A stretch of DNA of 63,870 nt, counting the filler, from Trichomonas gallinae (lineage: Eukaryota): NCBI GenBank assembly GCA_008369845.1. It is 7 parts of 7 records of this genome, joined end to end, with 100 filler letters (N's around TTAATTAATTAA, not from the genome) between each part and the next. Parts side by side here need not be neighbours in the genome. Positions count along the whole stretch, not along the records: positions 41,622 to 57,007 come from MRSU01001479.1; 6 more parts are not named here. One strand, given 5' to 3'. Within the stretch, counting starts at the first letter, position 1. Every line of letters begins with the position of its first letter. A program made the translations under genes and the position numbers. Below, in pieces: positions 41,940 through 53,659 of the stretch. The notes under the pieces are model-generated. The model ran no database searches, was not told the DNA's origin, and was given only the letters and a program-made list of their open reading frames with translations.

Positions 41940-42502
41940 TGACATGTAAAGTTTATTTTGACTTGTAAATTGAAATTCGATTTTTTTTCCTCAATTGCAC
42001 TTCATTTCTTTCATCATTTTCTCAGGATTTAAAAACTTTTATCTTATTTCAACATATTAAAACAGAATCAGAAGACCCTTGGGTACTTTATTTCTATATT
42101 AAAAGGGTTTGCTCTAAGAACAAATTTGCCCTGCGATGTGATTTTCTTGATCATTAGAAATATATCATTTTTTTTTGTAAAATTTTATTTTGACATGTAA
42201 AATAAATATGATTTTTTTCATGACCAATTCTTCTTTCATCATTTTCTCAAGATCTAAAGAACTTTTAATTTTCTAATATGAAACTGTTTAATTGGAAGAC
42301 CCTTAGATACTTCATTATTATATTAAAAAGCTACGTTACATGAACGAATTTTTATTTCAAGATAATTTTATTGATTGCAATAAAAATACAAAATTCCTTT
42401 GTAAAGTTTAAATCTGCCATGTAAATATATCTATATATTTGTCAAATTAAAATGTCATGTAAATAAGAATTATGACATATAAACAAAATAATGACAAGTA
42501 AA
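41940..42502 (+). repeat. Two ~224-nt degenerate tandem units plus TGACATGTAAA-like motif array
   Basis: tctttcatcattttctca at 42007/42232; gaagaccctt at 42071/42295; motif variants at 41940, 42191, 42415, 42453, 42473, 42492. Confidence 0.8.
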
Positions 42503-42515
42503 ATAATAATTTTTC

Positions 42516-45500
42516 ATGATAGATCCTAGTCAGATTCTTTCTCCTGACCAGGCTGTCACAGCTTTGATTAATGATATCCCGTCTGGAGACCAGGACAAGG
42601 ATATAGAGAAACTCGAGACATTCCTAACGAAAAGTCCACTTTTTAAAGAACCATTCGAAAAATTCAAATTACTCGACTTAAATATAATGACAAACGACAA
42701 AAAGATAGGTTTCGCAGCGTCTTTCCTTGTAAATGCACGAAATGTTAAAAATGTTAAAATTATATTCGAATTTTTCAAGGAATATCTCAGTGAAAAAGAC
42801 ATCTACACAGTTATGCTGGAGTCACAGATCTTTTGTGACTTAATGGTTTCCGATTTCATGAAGAATTCGGATAAACTTCAAATTATCTTAGATATTTTCT
42901 CTCAATACGAAAACTTGAAACCACATCAAAGATATATTCGCCAATCTGCATTTCGCTTCATATCATTGCGCAAAGAAACAGAAAATTGCTTAAAAATACT
43001 TTATTCTGTTTATCCATCACGTTCTCATGATGATTTTCTAGAATTCTCTACATATGCAACATCAATCACACCGCTAATTTCCGAAAATCAAACTTTCGCA
43101 CGTGAATTATTCGAATACGTCATGAATCTTGCAGCAATTCTCAAAGGATTCATGAGAGACTGGTTAATCAACTTTGCATCATCATTTGCACCACTTTTGA
43201 AGCTCAAATCAGTTCATCCCGCAATTTTAGATTTTGTAAAATTCCAAAAAAAGCCTCAAATCACAATCAATCACTTCGAGGCTTCTACAGGTGGCTTGTA
43301 CAACAAAGAACTCAGCCTTTCAGAAGCTCCCGCCTTATCTCGTCCATATTCACTTCATAAAGAATGGTTTGTTGACATCAAAGAACTTTCATCAGCCAAA
43401 ACGCCCGAAGATGCATACAACACACTGCTTTATTTCTGCCAAACTAATCCAAGCGAAGCTCCACAAATTTTAAACCAAATCCCAACATCAGTCTCTCTTC
43501 CATTATATCTCGTAATCATGGACAGACAACCAGATGCTTTCCATTCAGCAGTTGAAAAAGCAATAAACTCAGGAAATATCGAAATTTCACTCCAAGTTCT
43601 CGAAAAAGTCGCGAGAATCAATCCAGCACTCATAAAACCACACTTTCCATCAATATCTAAGCTCGGATTCGCAAAATGCCAGGTTCTAATCTCATTATTA
43701 ATCAAAGCTGATATGATTGAGTTCAAACTTTTGTTTAATCACATCAAAAACTCAAAAGAAGAGAATGTAAGAGCAATAATACGCGAAGGAATCCTTCAAA
43801 TGCAGAAAAGACCAAAAACTCGAGAAAATATTGATTTCATTTTATCAGTTTTCACGACATTTTACAGGGGAGCATCATCGCAAATCAACTGGTCTGCAGT
43901 TGCCGACGCTTTTCCAGGCGATTTCGATATCGCGCAATGCATGCTACTATCTACAGACGACGCAACAAAAAGTGAGCAAGGAAAAACGAAGCTTTCAGAG
44001 TGGAAGAATTCTTTCCTCGCATTCGTAAGACGCTCTCCAGCAACTATGCGCGTATTGAGTGCTATTCCATATTTACTCGTTGCGTCAACTCTTCCTGATT
44101 TCAAACCAGAAGAAGTTCATTCAATCGTTTCGCTTTTACCATCTTCACGAAACAAAAGCGAAGAAATTCTGGAGAGAATAGCTTTGCTGGAGTTAGCAAG
44201 GTCTGTTATCAAAGGCACGCATCCACAAGATGACCCACTTAGAAAGTTATCGCAAGTTTTCGACTTCGATCAAAATAGGATTACTTCCTATGCATCTGTT
44301 TTCGCGCACGCTGCTGTTTGCCTCGAAATCGGCGTCGAAAGTTCGTTCAAGCAGATAGAAAGTCTCTTGACGCAGGGAAATTCATCGTTAATGCGCAACG
44401 CCGCGAAGACAGCAATGATCATGTTGAACGTTTTCTCATTCGAAGCAGCGAAAAAGTTTATATTCGACGACGAAGAAAAAGAACTAACAATCAAAATAAT
44501 GTCATTGCTTTCTCCTTCCATGCAGCCATCAACTTATAAACCAAAAGACACGCGCTTGATCAGTATGATTGAACACATACATTCGATGGTTGCAGCAGAT
44601 ATAGATGAGATTTGCAGCAGAAAAGAATTCGGAGGAGTTGAAGAAATTCGTGAAAACTTTTTGACTCTCGGCTTGGCTTGCTTCATTTTGCTTCCATCGA
44701 GGACTGTCAGCAAATCATCATCAGATAGGGTACTACAGATGGCATTAAATACATCATCATCTGTGAATCAGAGAGAGTTCGCTTTACTTGCAATTTCGCA
44801 AATGCAAACAGCACCTGAAGCGAATTACGAACAGGTTTTGGCGAAATGGCCTGAATTGGCAAAATCAATTATGCAAATTGCTGTAAGAAACAATAACAAC
44901 GCATTGATTCAGCATATATTAGAGAAATCAAACGATTACAAAGTCATTTTCTCGCTGAAAACATTGCTAGCTTTCGTTGACCAAGAAATTATTTTGAAAT
45001 TTATCGAAAAAACAGCGGGAAGTGCTGATTTATCGACGTTACTACTTTCTATTGACTTATTCAACAACACACAGCATATTATCGCAGTAATTAACGCAAT
45101 AAGAAATTTCGAAATTTCTGGAATTGTCAAAAGCGGCGGCGGAGAGAGGCTAAAGAATGCACTACTGAGATTATCACAAGAAGAGCTCGACAAATTCGTT
45201 TATTCAGACTTTGATGATTTTGCATTAGTTTCTTCTTACCTTACAAACATGTCTGTGTCAAATGTGTGCTGGAAGATAGTACAATCTTCAAAAATATCAG
45301 TAAAAGCATTGGTTGACTACGCATTTGCACGGAAGAGACAAATTTTCACTTTTATTGAAGGATTTTTCGCTGTTATGCAGCACACATCCGTTGACCAGAC
45401 TGATCGTGCCATTGTGGCTTTATCTATTTTCATGCTTATCAATGAAACAAATCAGCCATTTTTGATTATCAAACAGAAAATTGAAGCTAATCCATCAATG

Positions 45501-45656
45501 ATGGATGAAAATGCGCTAGTTTTGCTTCTACCATCATTAATTTCTGCATGCAGCATGATAAGATCTGAACATACAGCAATATTCGAACAAATATCAACAC
45601 AAAAGTTTGCTACAGCAAGAGAAGAAATCGTTAATGCAAGCAGACTACGTAAATAA
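42516..45656 (+). CDS. Large alpha-solenoid (HEAT-like) hypothetical protein
   Basis: 1046-aa ORF of amphipathic helices; no catalytic motif recognised; stop within TAAA. Confidence 0.8.
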   Translation: MIDPSQILSPDQAVTALINDIPSGDQDKDIEKLETFLTKSPLFKEPFEKFKLLDLNIMTNDKKIGFAASFLVNARNVKNVKIIFEFFKEYLSEKDIYTVMLESQIFCDLMVSDFMKNSDKLQIILDIFSQYENLKPHQRYIRQSAFRFISLRKETENCLKILYSVYPSRSHDDFLEFSTYATSITPLISENQTFARELFEYVMNLAAILKGFMRDWLINFASSFAPLLKLKSVHPAILDFVKFQKKPQITINHFEASTGGLYNKELSLSEAPALSRPYSLHKEWFVDIKELSSAKTPEDAYNTLLYFCQTNPSEAPQILNQIPTSVSLPLYLVIMDRQPDAFHSAVEKAINSGNIEISLQVLEKVARINPALIKPHFPSISKLGFAKCQVLISLLIKADMIEFKLLFNHIKNSKEENVRAIIREGILQMQKRPKTRENIDFILSVFTTFYRGASSQINWSAVADAFPGDFDIAQCMLLSTDDATKSEQGKTKLSEWKNSFLAFVRRSPATMRVLSAIPYLLVASTLPDFKPEEVHSIVSLLPSSRNKSEEILERIALLELARSVIKGTHPQDDPLRKLSQVFDFDQNRITSYASVFAHAAVCLEIGVESSFKQIESLLTQGNSSLMRNAAKTAMIMLNVFSFEAAKKFIFDDEEKELTIKIMSLLSPSMQPSTYKPKDTRLISMIEHIHSMVAADIDEICSRKEFGGVEEIRENFLTLGLACFILLPSRTVSKSSSDRVLQMALNTSSSVNQREFALLAISQMQTAPEANYEQVLAKWPELAKSIMQIAVRNNNNALIQHILEKSNDYKVIFSLKTLLAFVDQEIILKFIEKTAGSADLSTLLLSIDLFNNTQHIIAVINAIRNFEISGIVKSGGGERLKNALLRLSQEELDKFVYSDFDDFALVSSYLTNMSVSNVCWKIVQSSKISVKALVDYAFARKRQIFTFIEGFFAVMQHTSVDQTDRAIVALSIFMLINETNQPFLIIKQKIEANPSMMDENALVLLLPSLISACSMIRSEHTAIFEQISTQKFATAREEIVNASRLRK

Positions 45657-46050
45657 ACTGCATTTTTTTTCATATTTTTTTTTTAACATACTAAGTTTGA
45701 TACTTAATATAGCTATTGTATCCATGTAGAAATCAAGAATAGCAATGTTTTTTTTTTTTTTCTGTATAAATGATTATAAATTATATAAATCTAATGAATA
45801 GTCGAAATCACGCTTGAAAAACATACTATAGTCACATAAATCATTTAGACTACATTATCATTTACTTGATGATATCAGAATCAATTTTTATTTTTTATTC
45901 TTTATCGCTGATAGTTTAAAAAAGTCTTTAATTTATATTTTTTTTTAATTTTTTGTAACAGTTTCCAAAAACAACTAATTAGGTTTGGATTCTCAATGTT
46001 TATAAAAAGATTGATATATATTAATGTTTTTTTACTCATTAATTGTATTT

Positions 46051-47004
46051 TTAAGCAGATGATGAAGATGATACGTATTTTCTCTTCCTGCAGCATCCAC
46101 AGCAACAGCAACAGGCAACAATAATGCCGATAATAGTACCAATAACAATTAATGCAATAACTACGCCAATAATAATCCAACCATAGATCGGGATGCCACC
46201 TGGTCCTCCCAAGTTCCACTTAGTGACGATTCTGTTGCCATTTCTAAGGTAACCGAAGAATTGTCTGTATTGGTTTTTCTTTGCTGTAAGTTTAAACTTG
46301 GCACCTGTAGAATGATCACCCTGTGTATTTGGAGCAGAGTCAAAATCTGGATAAACCACCTGAGGACCATCGTTATATTTTATGCTTCCTTCTTTTGCAT
46401 TTGACTTTCCTTTGAGAAGCTCTCCTAAAACAGGGGTTCCATATTTAACTACATTATCGTTGTCTTCCCATGAAATTGTATATTCATTACCAATTGGTAA
46501 TGCAACGTTAAACATTGTAACACTTTGCTCAAGAACTTTACCTTGTACATTGACTTCATAAGAGGTTGTGAGCGGGATTGAGTAATCGGGGATATTTGTG
46601 TAGTATCTTCTATCCTTATAATAAATAGAATCTGATGAATAATCAAAAGAAGGTCTACCTACGAGGAAATAGAAATTGTCTGTGTGATCACCATCGTTTG
46701 AAATTGTGAAAATGACTTTATGGCGTGTCTTGCATAAGGATAAAGTTGTTTCTTCTTCAACGCATTCAACTGAAATACCAATAGCACCACTTGTTTCTGA
46801 TTTTTCTGCTACATCTACACCATTTACATCAGAATGCCACTCAGCAATAATTTTTGGTGACATGTCTGAGATTATAAGAATGCTTTGATCTGTCGTAAAA
46901 CACTTTGGGTCATCTGTTGGCGACAATTGTACCCATGATCCATAGATGACTGGTATACAAGTCTTTGCATTTGCAATGCGTGACGCTGTTAAGTTTCCAA
47001 GCAT
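46051..47004 (-). CDS. Single-pass membrane protein with Cys-rich tail, paralog 1
   Basis: Inr TCATTT 47017-47012; MLGNLTASR start; C-terminal TM then CCCCCGCCRKRKYVSSSSSA. Confidence 0.88.
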   Translation of the reverse strand: MLGNLTASRIANAKTCIPVIYGSWVQLSPTDDPKCFTTDQSILIISDMSPKIIAEWHSDVNGVDVAEKSETSGAIGISVECVEEETTLSLCKTRHKVIFTISNDGDHTDNFYFLVGRPSFDYSSDSIYYKDRRYYTNIPDYSIPLTTSYEVNVQGKVLEQSVTMFNVALPIGNEYTISWEDNDNVVKYGTPVLGELLKGKSNAKEGSIKYNDGPQVVYPDFDSAPNTQGDHSTGAKFKLTAKKNQYRQFFGYLRNGNRIVTKWNLGGPGGIPIYGWIIIGVVIALIVIGTIIGIIVACCCCCGCCRKRKYVSSSSSA

Positions 47005-47697
47005 TTAAAGAAAATGATCAATAAAACTCTCAAATATATTTTGAGAAGTAAATTGAAAATTTATGCATCAACGTTTGTTAAAATATCATGAGTAAACAGT
47101 TTAAAAGTCATAAATTGAATCATTTGATTTTAGCGAAAAAAAAAATTCACTCACTATTTTATTTATAATGATATAACACAATATTTCTAATGATGCACGT
47201 TTTTATATATTTAACTAAATTGAATGATTATTGAAATTTTGCAAAAAATCTTAAGCACACCAAAATGCTCAAAAACTGATATAGCATGATTTATGATTAT
47301 TTTTACTTTGAAATAACTAAATTTTGAATTTAAAATAATTGTATGACCAGTATTTCGTACACAGGATTTTTCGTAGTGGTTATAACACCAAATATTATTT
47401 TTAATAAACTATTTCTTACTTTTTATTTTTCTTCCAAAATTTCTATTTAAGATTTAGATTTAGAATCAAAAACTATTGATCATCATCTTAAAATTTTGGA
47501 TTTTTATGGATATCAGTTGATTTAAGAAAATATGTTTGACAGCAACAAGGTCTTAAACTGAATGATGGAAAATGCTGTTTAACATTACAGATAGATATTT
47601 CTAATGTTTTTAATTATTTATTCAAAGATATTTTTTGGAAATAATTTATTTGTCTAATAGATCTAAAACTGATTGACTAACCCTCCGTTTGCTGCCA

Positions 47698-47700
<3 letters not shown>

Positions 47701-47741
<41 letters not shown>
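47701..47741. repeat. (TA)n microsatellite
   Basis: About 20 perfect TA units. Confidence 0.95.
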
Positions 47742-47747
<6 letters not shown>

Positions 47748-48558
47748 ATGGCGAAATTTTGCAAAAATAATTCGAAATTTCAAATTAATGCATTATGAAT
47801 GATATATATTTTAGAATCTATTACATTAAGAATAATACATATCATATTGTATTTAATTTCGTTATAGATGTTATTTCTATGTAAAATTTGAGATATTTGT
47901 TCCCAGTTCGGCCAATGTAATAGCATAGCGTATGTTGATGGTGGAAAAGTCGAAATAGTTGTATGTTGTTGCATGAAAAAGTTCCTTTGATAGAATATCT
48001 CCAAAACAATTCTATTAATTTCGGTGAATTTTATATATGCTTATATTTATGCGCTACGGAGATCAAATAGATTTCAAAATGGAACAAATTTTACCGAGAA
48101 ATCAATATCGAAAAAATTATTATTCTTTTTGTCAGTTGCCATGCAAATTTAAGTAATAGAAGCGCTAGATAGTCAATTTGATGTAAAATGGATGACTTTG
48201 AGGAAAATCGAGGAATTTCTTTGTAATTTTGTTTAATAAAAGTATTTATAATAGTATCAATTTTATGATAAGACAGTGCAGTCTGAGCATGCACGCTGTG
48301 TAATGATCCAAAGACAACACATAGTTAGATAAAGAACAAAAAAAAAAATGTTATGAGTTTCTTTGTAGGACATGTAATTTCAAAATTAATTATTATTATT
48401 AGAATATTAGTAGATTAGTATATACATATAAAATATCTATATATTATTCGCATAAGTTATAATATTGTATATATATATTGTATATCATAAAAAATGTTAT
48501 TTTTAGTTTAAATTGCTATTATCAAAATATGCAGGGTTTACCATGGAAGCCGTACGAT

Positions 48559-49560
48559 TTATGAAGATGAAGATGAAGATTTCTTAGATTTCTTGCAACA
48601 GCACTTCTTGCACCCCTTGCAGCAGCAGCAAATGATTGAAATAATTATGCTGATAACTATTATGACACATACGACAGCAATGACAATCCAAGCCCATATT
48701 GGGAGACCACCCGGTCCAACCAAAGTAGCTGGATTAAGCAAATTATTACCGTTCTTTATATAGCCGAAAAAGAGCTGATAACCGTGATCATTTGCAGATA
48801 TTTTGAATTTTGCAGAATATTTATGGGAACCATCATCTTTTGGCTTTGTTTTGTATGATGGGAATATGCGGCTCGGACCATTGAATTTATGACTACCCGA
48901 GACTTCAGTACTAGAAGGAACTCCCAATATTTCCCATAGTCCGCCCCAGTAAATTCCTCCAATTTCATTATCATACCATGAGATAGTGTTTTCAACGTCT
49001 TCTGGTAGAACGGAATTAATCCTTGTTTCATCTTGCTGTGTAATCTTACCATCACTTACAATGTAAGAAGATTGAATCGGGATGGAATAACCCTTAATTG
49101 TTGTATAATAGTCTCTATCAGCATGATGTACGCCATTCTCATCATAGTCATATGATGGCATTGCCGGAATAAAATGAATTTTTTCTGTGGTACTAGCCTT
49201 GTTTGTAATTTTGAAGTATACTTCAGATTCTGTTTCGCATTTAGAAAAGGTTGACCTACTTGTGCACGCAACTGAAACAGCAATAGGATTATTCATCGTT
49301 TTTTCATCACCCCATGTTCCTGCTTTGGTATTATACCATTTAGCCACCATTTCAAATTGTTTACCAAGAATAATCTGAGTTGAAGCTGTATAATAGCATT
49401 TGGATTCACCTGGTTTAAATGATTGATCTCCTATCAATTTAGCAAAATCTAACAGAATGTAACCTCCAACACCTAATACTCCAACACATCCAGCAATTTT
49501 TGCATCTTCGGGAAGTAAACCAGAGGCAGCTGCTCGTGAGGCAGTGAGATTTGCCAGCAT
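48559..49560 (-). CDS. Single-pass membrane protein with Cys-rich tail, paralog 2
   Basis: Inr TCATTT 49574-49569; ATG 49560 gives MLANLTASR; tail CCCCKGCKKCCCKKSKKSSSSSS. Confidence 0.88.
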   Translation of the reverse strand: MLANLTASRAAASGLLPEDAKIAGCVGVLGVGGYILLDFAKLIGDQSFKPGESKCYYTASTQIILGKQFEMVAKWYNTKAGTWGDEKTMNNPIAVSVACTSRSTFSKCETESEVYFKITNKASTTEKIHFIPAMPSYDYDENGVHHADRDYYTTIKGYSIPIQSSYIVSDGKITQQDETRINSVLPEDVENTISWYDNEIGGIYWGGLWEILGVPSSTEVSGSHKFNGPSRIFPSYKTKPKDDGSHKYSAKFKISANDHGYQLFFGYIKNGNNLLNPATLVGPGGLPIWAWIVIAVVCVIIVISIIISIICCCCKGCKKCCCKKSKKSSSSSS

Positions 49561-50304
49561 AAAAATAAAAATGAATAACTTCACCTATTATATAAATATC
49601 TCAAAATTTGTGATAGATCCAATTAGCTCTGAAAATCAACTCAGCTAATTCAAAAATCATTTCATATAATTATATAATGAAGAATCAATAAAAATAAATT
49701 CGCCATTTGTCGTGCACGTTATTTTGTCATTTTATTTTATATGCAAATATTAATAGGTAACACTTTCTACACAAAATTCACAATATAGCGATTCGATTGT
49801 ATCAAAATTTGAATGGTCATAAAATCATTATAAATTCAAATGTCATTATTATATGGTATAATATATTTGACAAATTATCGGAAAAATTTCAGTTTACATA
49901 TTTCATAAAATCGATTTTTTATTAATTTTGGCCATATTATGCATCCATATATTGATATTCAAGATTAATATCCTTCAATTCACACATTTCAAAAAGAAAT
50001 GTGAAAAACTTAAAAATTAATGCGTGGATTATTAATTATATATAATACAGTTGATGTTACGTGTAAAAAAATAAGCCATTTTGGATTTTACTTCCAAAAA
50101 TGTTATATCAAAAGACATTAGAGCATAATAATTATCTTAATAACTCAGAGTTGCATTATGGGCTACATTTCCTGCGGTAATTATTTCAAATATCACTGAA
50201 AATATTTAAATATTAATTATTTTGTGAAATGAGTTGCATGTATTATTCCGTTCATATTAAATAGTATTAAACAAAGTACAAAAACCTAAGTTTATCATAA
50301 TTAT

Positions 50305-51261
50305 TTATGAGGATGAAGAAGAGGATTTCTTGCAGCACTTCTTGCAGCACTTTCTGCATTTCTTGCAGCAGCAGCAACAGATGGAAATAATAATGATAAC
50401 GACAACTAAAACAATAGCGATTGCAATTACAATCCATGCCCAAACTGGAAGACCTCCTGGAAGGGTTAATGTAAATGGATCAAGAACTCTGTTCTCATTC
50501 TTAATATATCCAATGAACTTCGGGAATACGTGATCATCAGCAGTTAACTTGAAATCTGCAGAGTACTTGTAATCGCCATCGTTCTTTGGCTCAGTGGAGT
50601 AGGTTGGGTAAATGTAGCGTGGACCATTATCAAAGCTCTGATATCCTGACTTGTCGTTCGAGTAGCCTTCTACAAGACCGAAAAGAAGTTTCCAGCGGAT
50701 TTGGCCTTCATTATCATCCCATGAAATTGTGCATTTTATGCCGGAAGGAACAACATAGTTTAATTTAGTAATGCTCTGTTCTGTGATCTTTCCATCTTCA
50801 ATTGTGAAAGATGTATAAAATTTAATCTTGTAATCACGGATTGTACTATAGTATTGCCTATCAGTGTATTTGGTTCCATCAGCGGTGTAATCGAAGGAAG
50901 ATCTGACATTGTAAAAGTAAACATCTTGGTCTTCATCTTTTGTATTTTCAACTTTGACGTATATTTCATAGTCAGATTTACATGTATCAATAGTTGATGA
51001 TGACGTGCATTCCATTGAAACACCAATTGCTCCGCCCTTTGAGTCTTCTTTCTCAAAAGCGCTCGTCTTTGTATTATACCACTTGGCAGTGATCTTAATA
51101 TCTTTTCCTAATATTAAATAGTTGTTGGTGAGGTGATAGCACTTAAATGAGTTAGCATTGATCTTCACTGAATCTGAAAAGATCGGTGGTGAAGGATAGA
51201 GTGTGCATCCAAGCTGAGGATCAGCGTTGACCATCCTTGTGGCTGTTATGTTTGGAAGCAT
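50305..51261 (-). CDS. Single-pass membrane protein with Cys-rich tail, paralog 3
   Basis: Inr TCATTT 51274-51269; ATG 51261 gives MLPNITATR; tail CCCCCKKCRKCCKKCCKKSSSSSS. Confidence 0.88.
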   Translation of the reverse strand: MLPNITATRMVNADPQLGCTLYPSPPIFSDSVKINANSFKCYHLTNNYLILGKDIKITAKWYNTKTSAFEKEDSKGGAIGVSMECTSSSTIDTCKSDYEIYVKVENTKDEDQDVYFYNVRSSFDYTADGTKYTDRQYYSTIRDYKIKFYTSFTIEDGKITEQSITKLNYVVPSGIKCTISWDDNEGQIRWKLLFGLVEGYSNDKSGYQSFDNGPRYIYPTYSTEPKNDGDYKYSADFKLTADDHVFPKFIGYIKNENRVLDPFTLTLPGGLPVWAWIVIAIAIVLVVVIIIISICCCCCKKCRKCCKKCCKKSSSSSS

Positions 51262-52125
51262 TGATGAAAAATGAAGTCTAGTAAAATAAAATAAATCATC
51301 GCTACGTAAATCTATCAAATCTTAAACTCATTCACAATATTTTTGAATTCACTTCAGAATTAATTTTATTCAACGGTTTATTCTTTTGTAAAATATCAGA
51401 TTAACTTAGATAAGCAAAATTATTTTTTAAAAATTGATAGTTTTTGCAGCATTTCAAAACTGCTTCCTCTCAAAAAATCAAAATTATTGAATCACTTTTG
51501 AATGGATTTATCAATTATATCTGCTTCTACAGTACTTCTATTAATAAATTATAAAGTTTTAAGATTAAAAAATAAAATTCAATGATTCTCAAAATCTTCA
51601 TTTTATACGCAATATCGTGTAATTTGTTTGGGCATAATATAACTCATATATCCTCATAAATTTTTTTGAATTCCCTTCTGGTGACCAATTTTTCCTCACA
51701 TGAATCTTTTTTTGAAAAATTCTATGATATGTGCCCTCTATTATCTATATATCATCACACAATTCATATTTTAAAATGGACAGATTTTCAAACAAACTGA
51801 TTTGACCAACTTAAAAATAAATCCATCGTTTTTATTGCATTTATTAATGATCCATCAACTTGTTTTAATCGCTAATGCGTTATTTGAATACTTAACCATA
51901 TAATTAAATTAAATCATTGAAACCCAATGCGGCAGCTTTTGAAATTATTATAATCATATTATTTTTTTCTGAATTTTTATATTGCTCGATCAAAATAAAT
52001 ATGCATTTCTAAAATAAAACAAAACAGATTTAGGAATACAGAAAGTTACTAAGAACAGGTCATAGCTGTAAAATATGCGTTCTTGTACTACATTATCGAA
52101 AATTTGGTACATATCGATTGTCGAT

Positions 52126-53306
52126 TTAATCGTCAAGTGAATATCTATTATTCCCCTTGATAGGCAGAATAGTATAGTCGGTATGCCTGCGCTTGCAAAT
52201 AAATCTAGCAAAAGATTTATAAATCAGATAAACAGACAGACCGACAATTAGTATTTTTTTATATACCAATCAATTATCTCAGTGATTCTCTGCCATATAC
52301 CAACGACTGTACTAGGAATATTCATACATTCGATGCCATTCATATTATTTCGGATAATTTTATCAGCATTTTCTTTTGATACCTGTCCAGTTTGCAAATG
52401 GTAACAATTATTAGTAGGATTAACAACGAAAGAATAAGGAACGTCATCAGGATTCTTTCGCGTAAATGAAATAATATCAGAATTGATATTTTTTCCAGCC
52501 CAACCTAATTCTATTTTCCCACAATACTCAGATGATAGTTTGTCTAACACTAACATTTGATTTTCATCCAATGAATCTTCGCCAACTGTAATAAAGACAG
52601 ATGTATTTTTGCGCATTAGATCCTGGAGTTCTAGATAACCGAAATTATGAAATGATGAGAACTTGATTGATTCGATAAATTCTTTCATTTCATCAACTTT
52701 TGAAATTTCCTTTGTAATGACACAATTAGATGACTTATGAGCTGATATTTGTATGTTTGATCCTCCGATATGATAAATGAATCTATTTCCAATTGGATGA
52801 TAATATGGGATTAATCTTTTATAGGCTTTGAGAATTTCTTGTGAATTTTCTGGAATAGATAGATAAAATGTAGTTGATCCACGATCTGTTTTTTCAATTT
52901 CTTTAGGTAAAAGTTCTAATTTTTTGATTTCCACGGATTTTGCATTGATATTCGATTCTAAAAACTTATTCCAAGCCATATATGTTCTATCATAAGTCTG
53001 TATCCAGTATTTTGGATCATTTCCACGTATTAGAACAAAAGTTGGATATGAATGTATTTTAATTCGATCGCAAACAGAGCTATTTTTGCAGTTAATGTTT
53101 GTAAAAACAACTTTTGAAGCCTCACCAACCATATCTGAGTATTTATGCAACATTTCAGGCATTCCTTTGCATAAAACACATCTTGGGAAAGTGAGAACAG
53201 CAAATATCGGGTGCTTATAGCTGTTTTTCTCGTAGTCATCGTATTCATCAGGATTAAAGTCCCACCATTCTGATTTTGTTAAAATCAAGAAGATAAACAT
53301 AAACAT
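52126..53306 (-). CDS. Thioredoxin-fold (PDI-like) protein with signal peptide; TM anchor in -1 frame after A7 run
   Basis: MFMFIFLIL signal; FPRCVLCK CxxC; INC....C...KIHSYPTF; 0-frame stop at 52250-52248, while the -1 frame adds a TM and tail ending at 52126. Confidence 0.8.
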
Positions 53307-53659
53307 TTTTGAAAAATTTACCTCTTATTTCAATATTTTATATCATAAGAATCATGTTTGGACAGTGAGCAAATTTCTGACAATAAAAATCTTACAACGA
53401 CAAAAATAATCAATACAAATTAAAAATTTTAAATATTGATTTTGATGCTAGAAAAGATATCTACAACACACATATAAATCAAATTTATTTTTAAAGCCTC
53501 TAATTTGCATTTTATAATTTCAAATTTTTTGAATATTGAATGAATCATGATGTAGACTCAGTATATAGTTTTATATGACCTATTATAGCAGTATTTTTCT
53601 ATTAGATATAACATATTCAAAATAAATTTCTGATTTGAAAAAAATACAAACAATATTAT

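Noticed and set aside
51990..52211. Independent 73-aa ORF
   Set aside because: TTG start, and it overlaps the more convincing -1-frame TM extension of the thioredoxin-fold gene.
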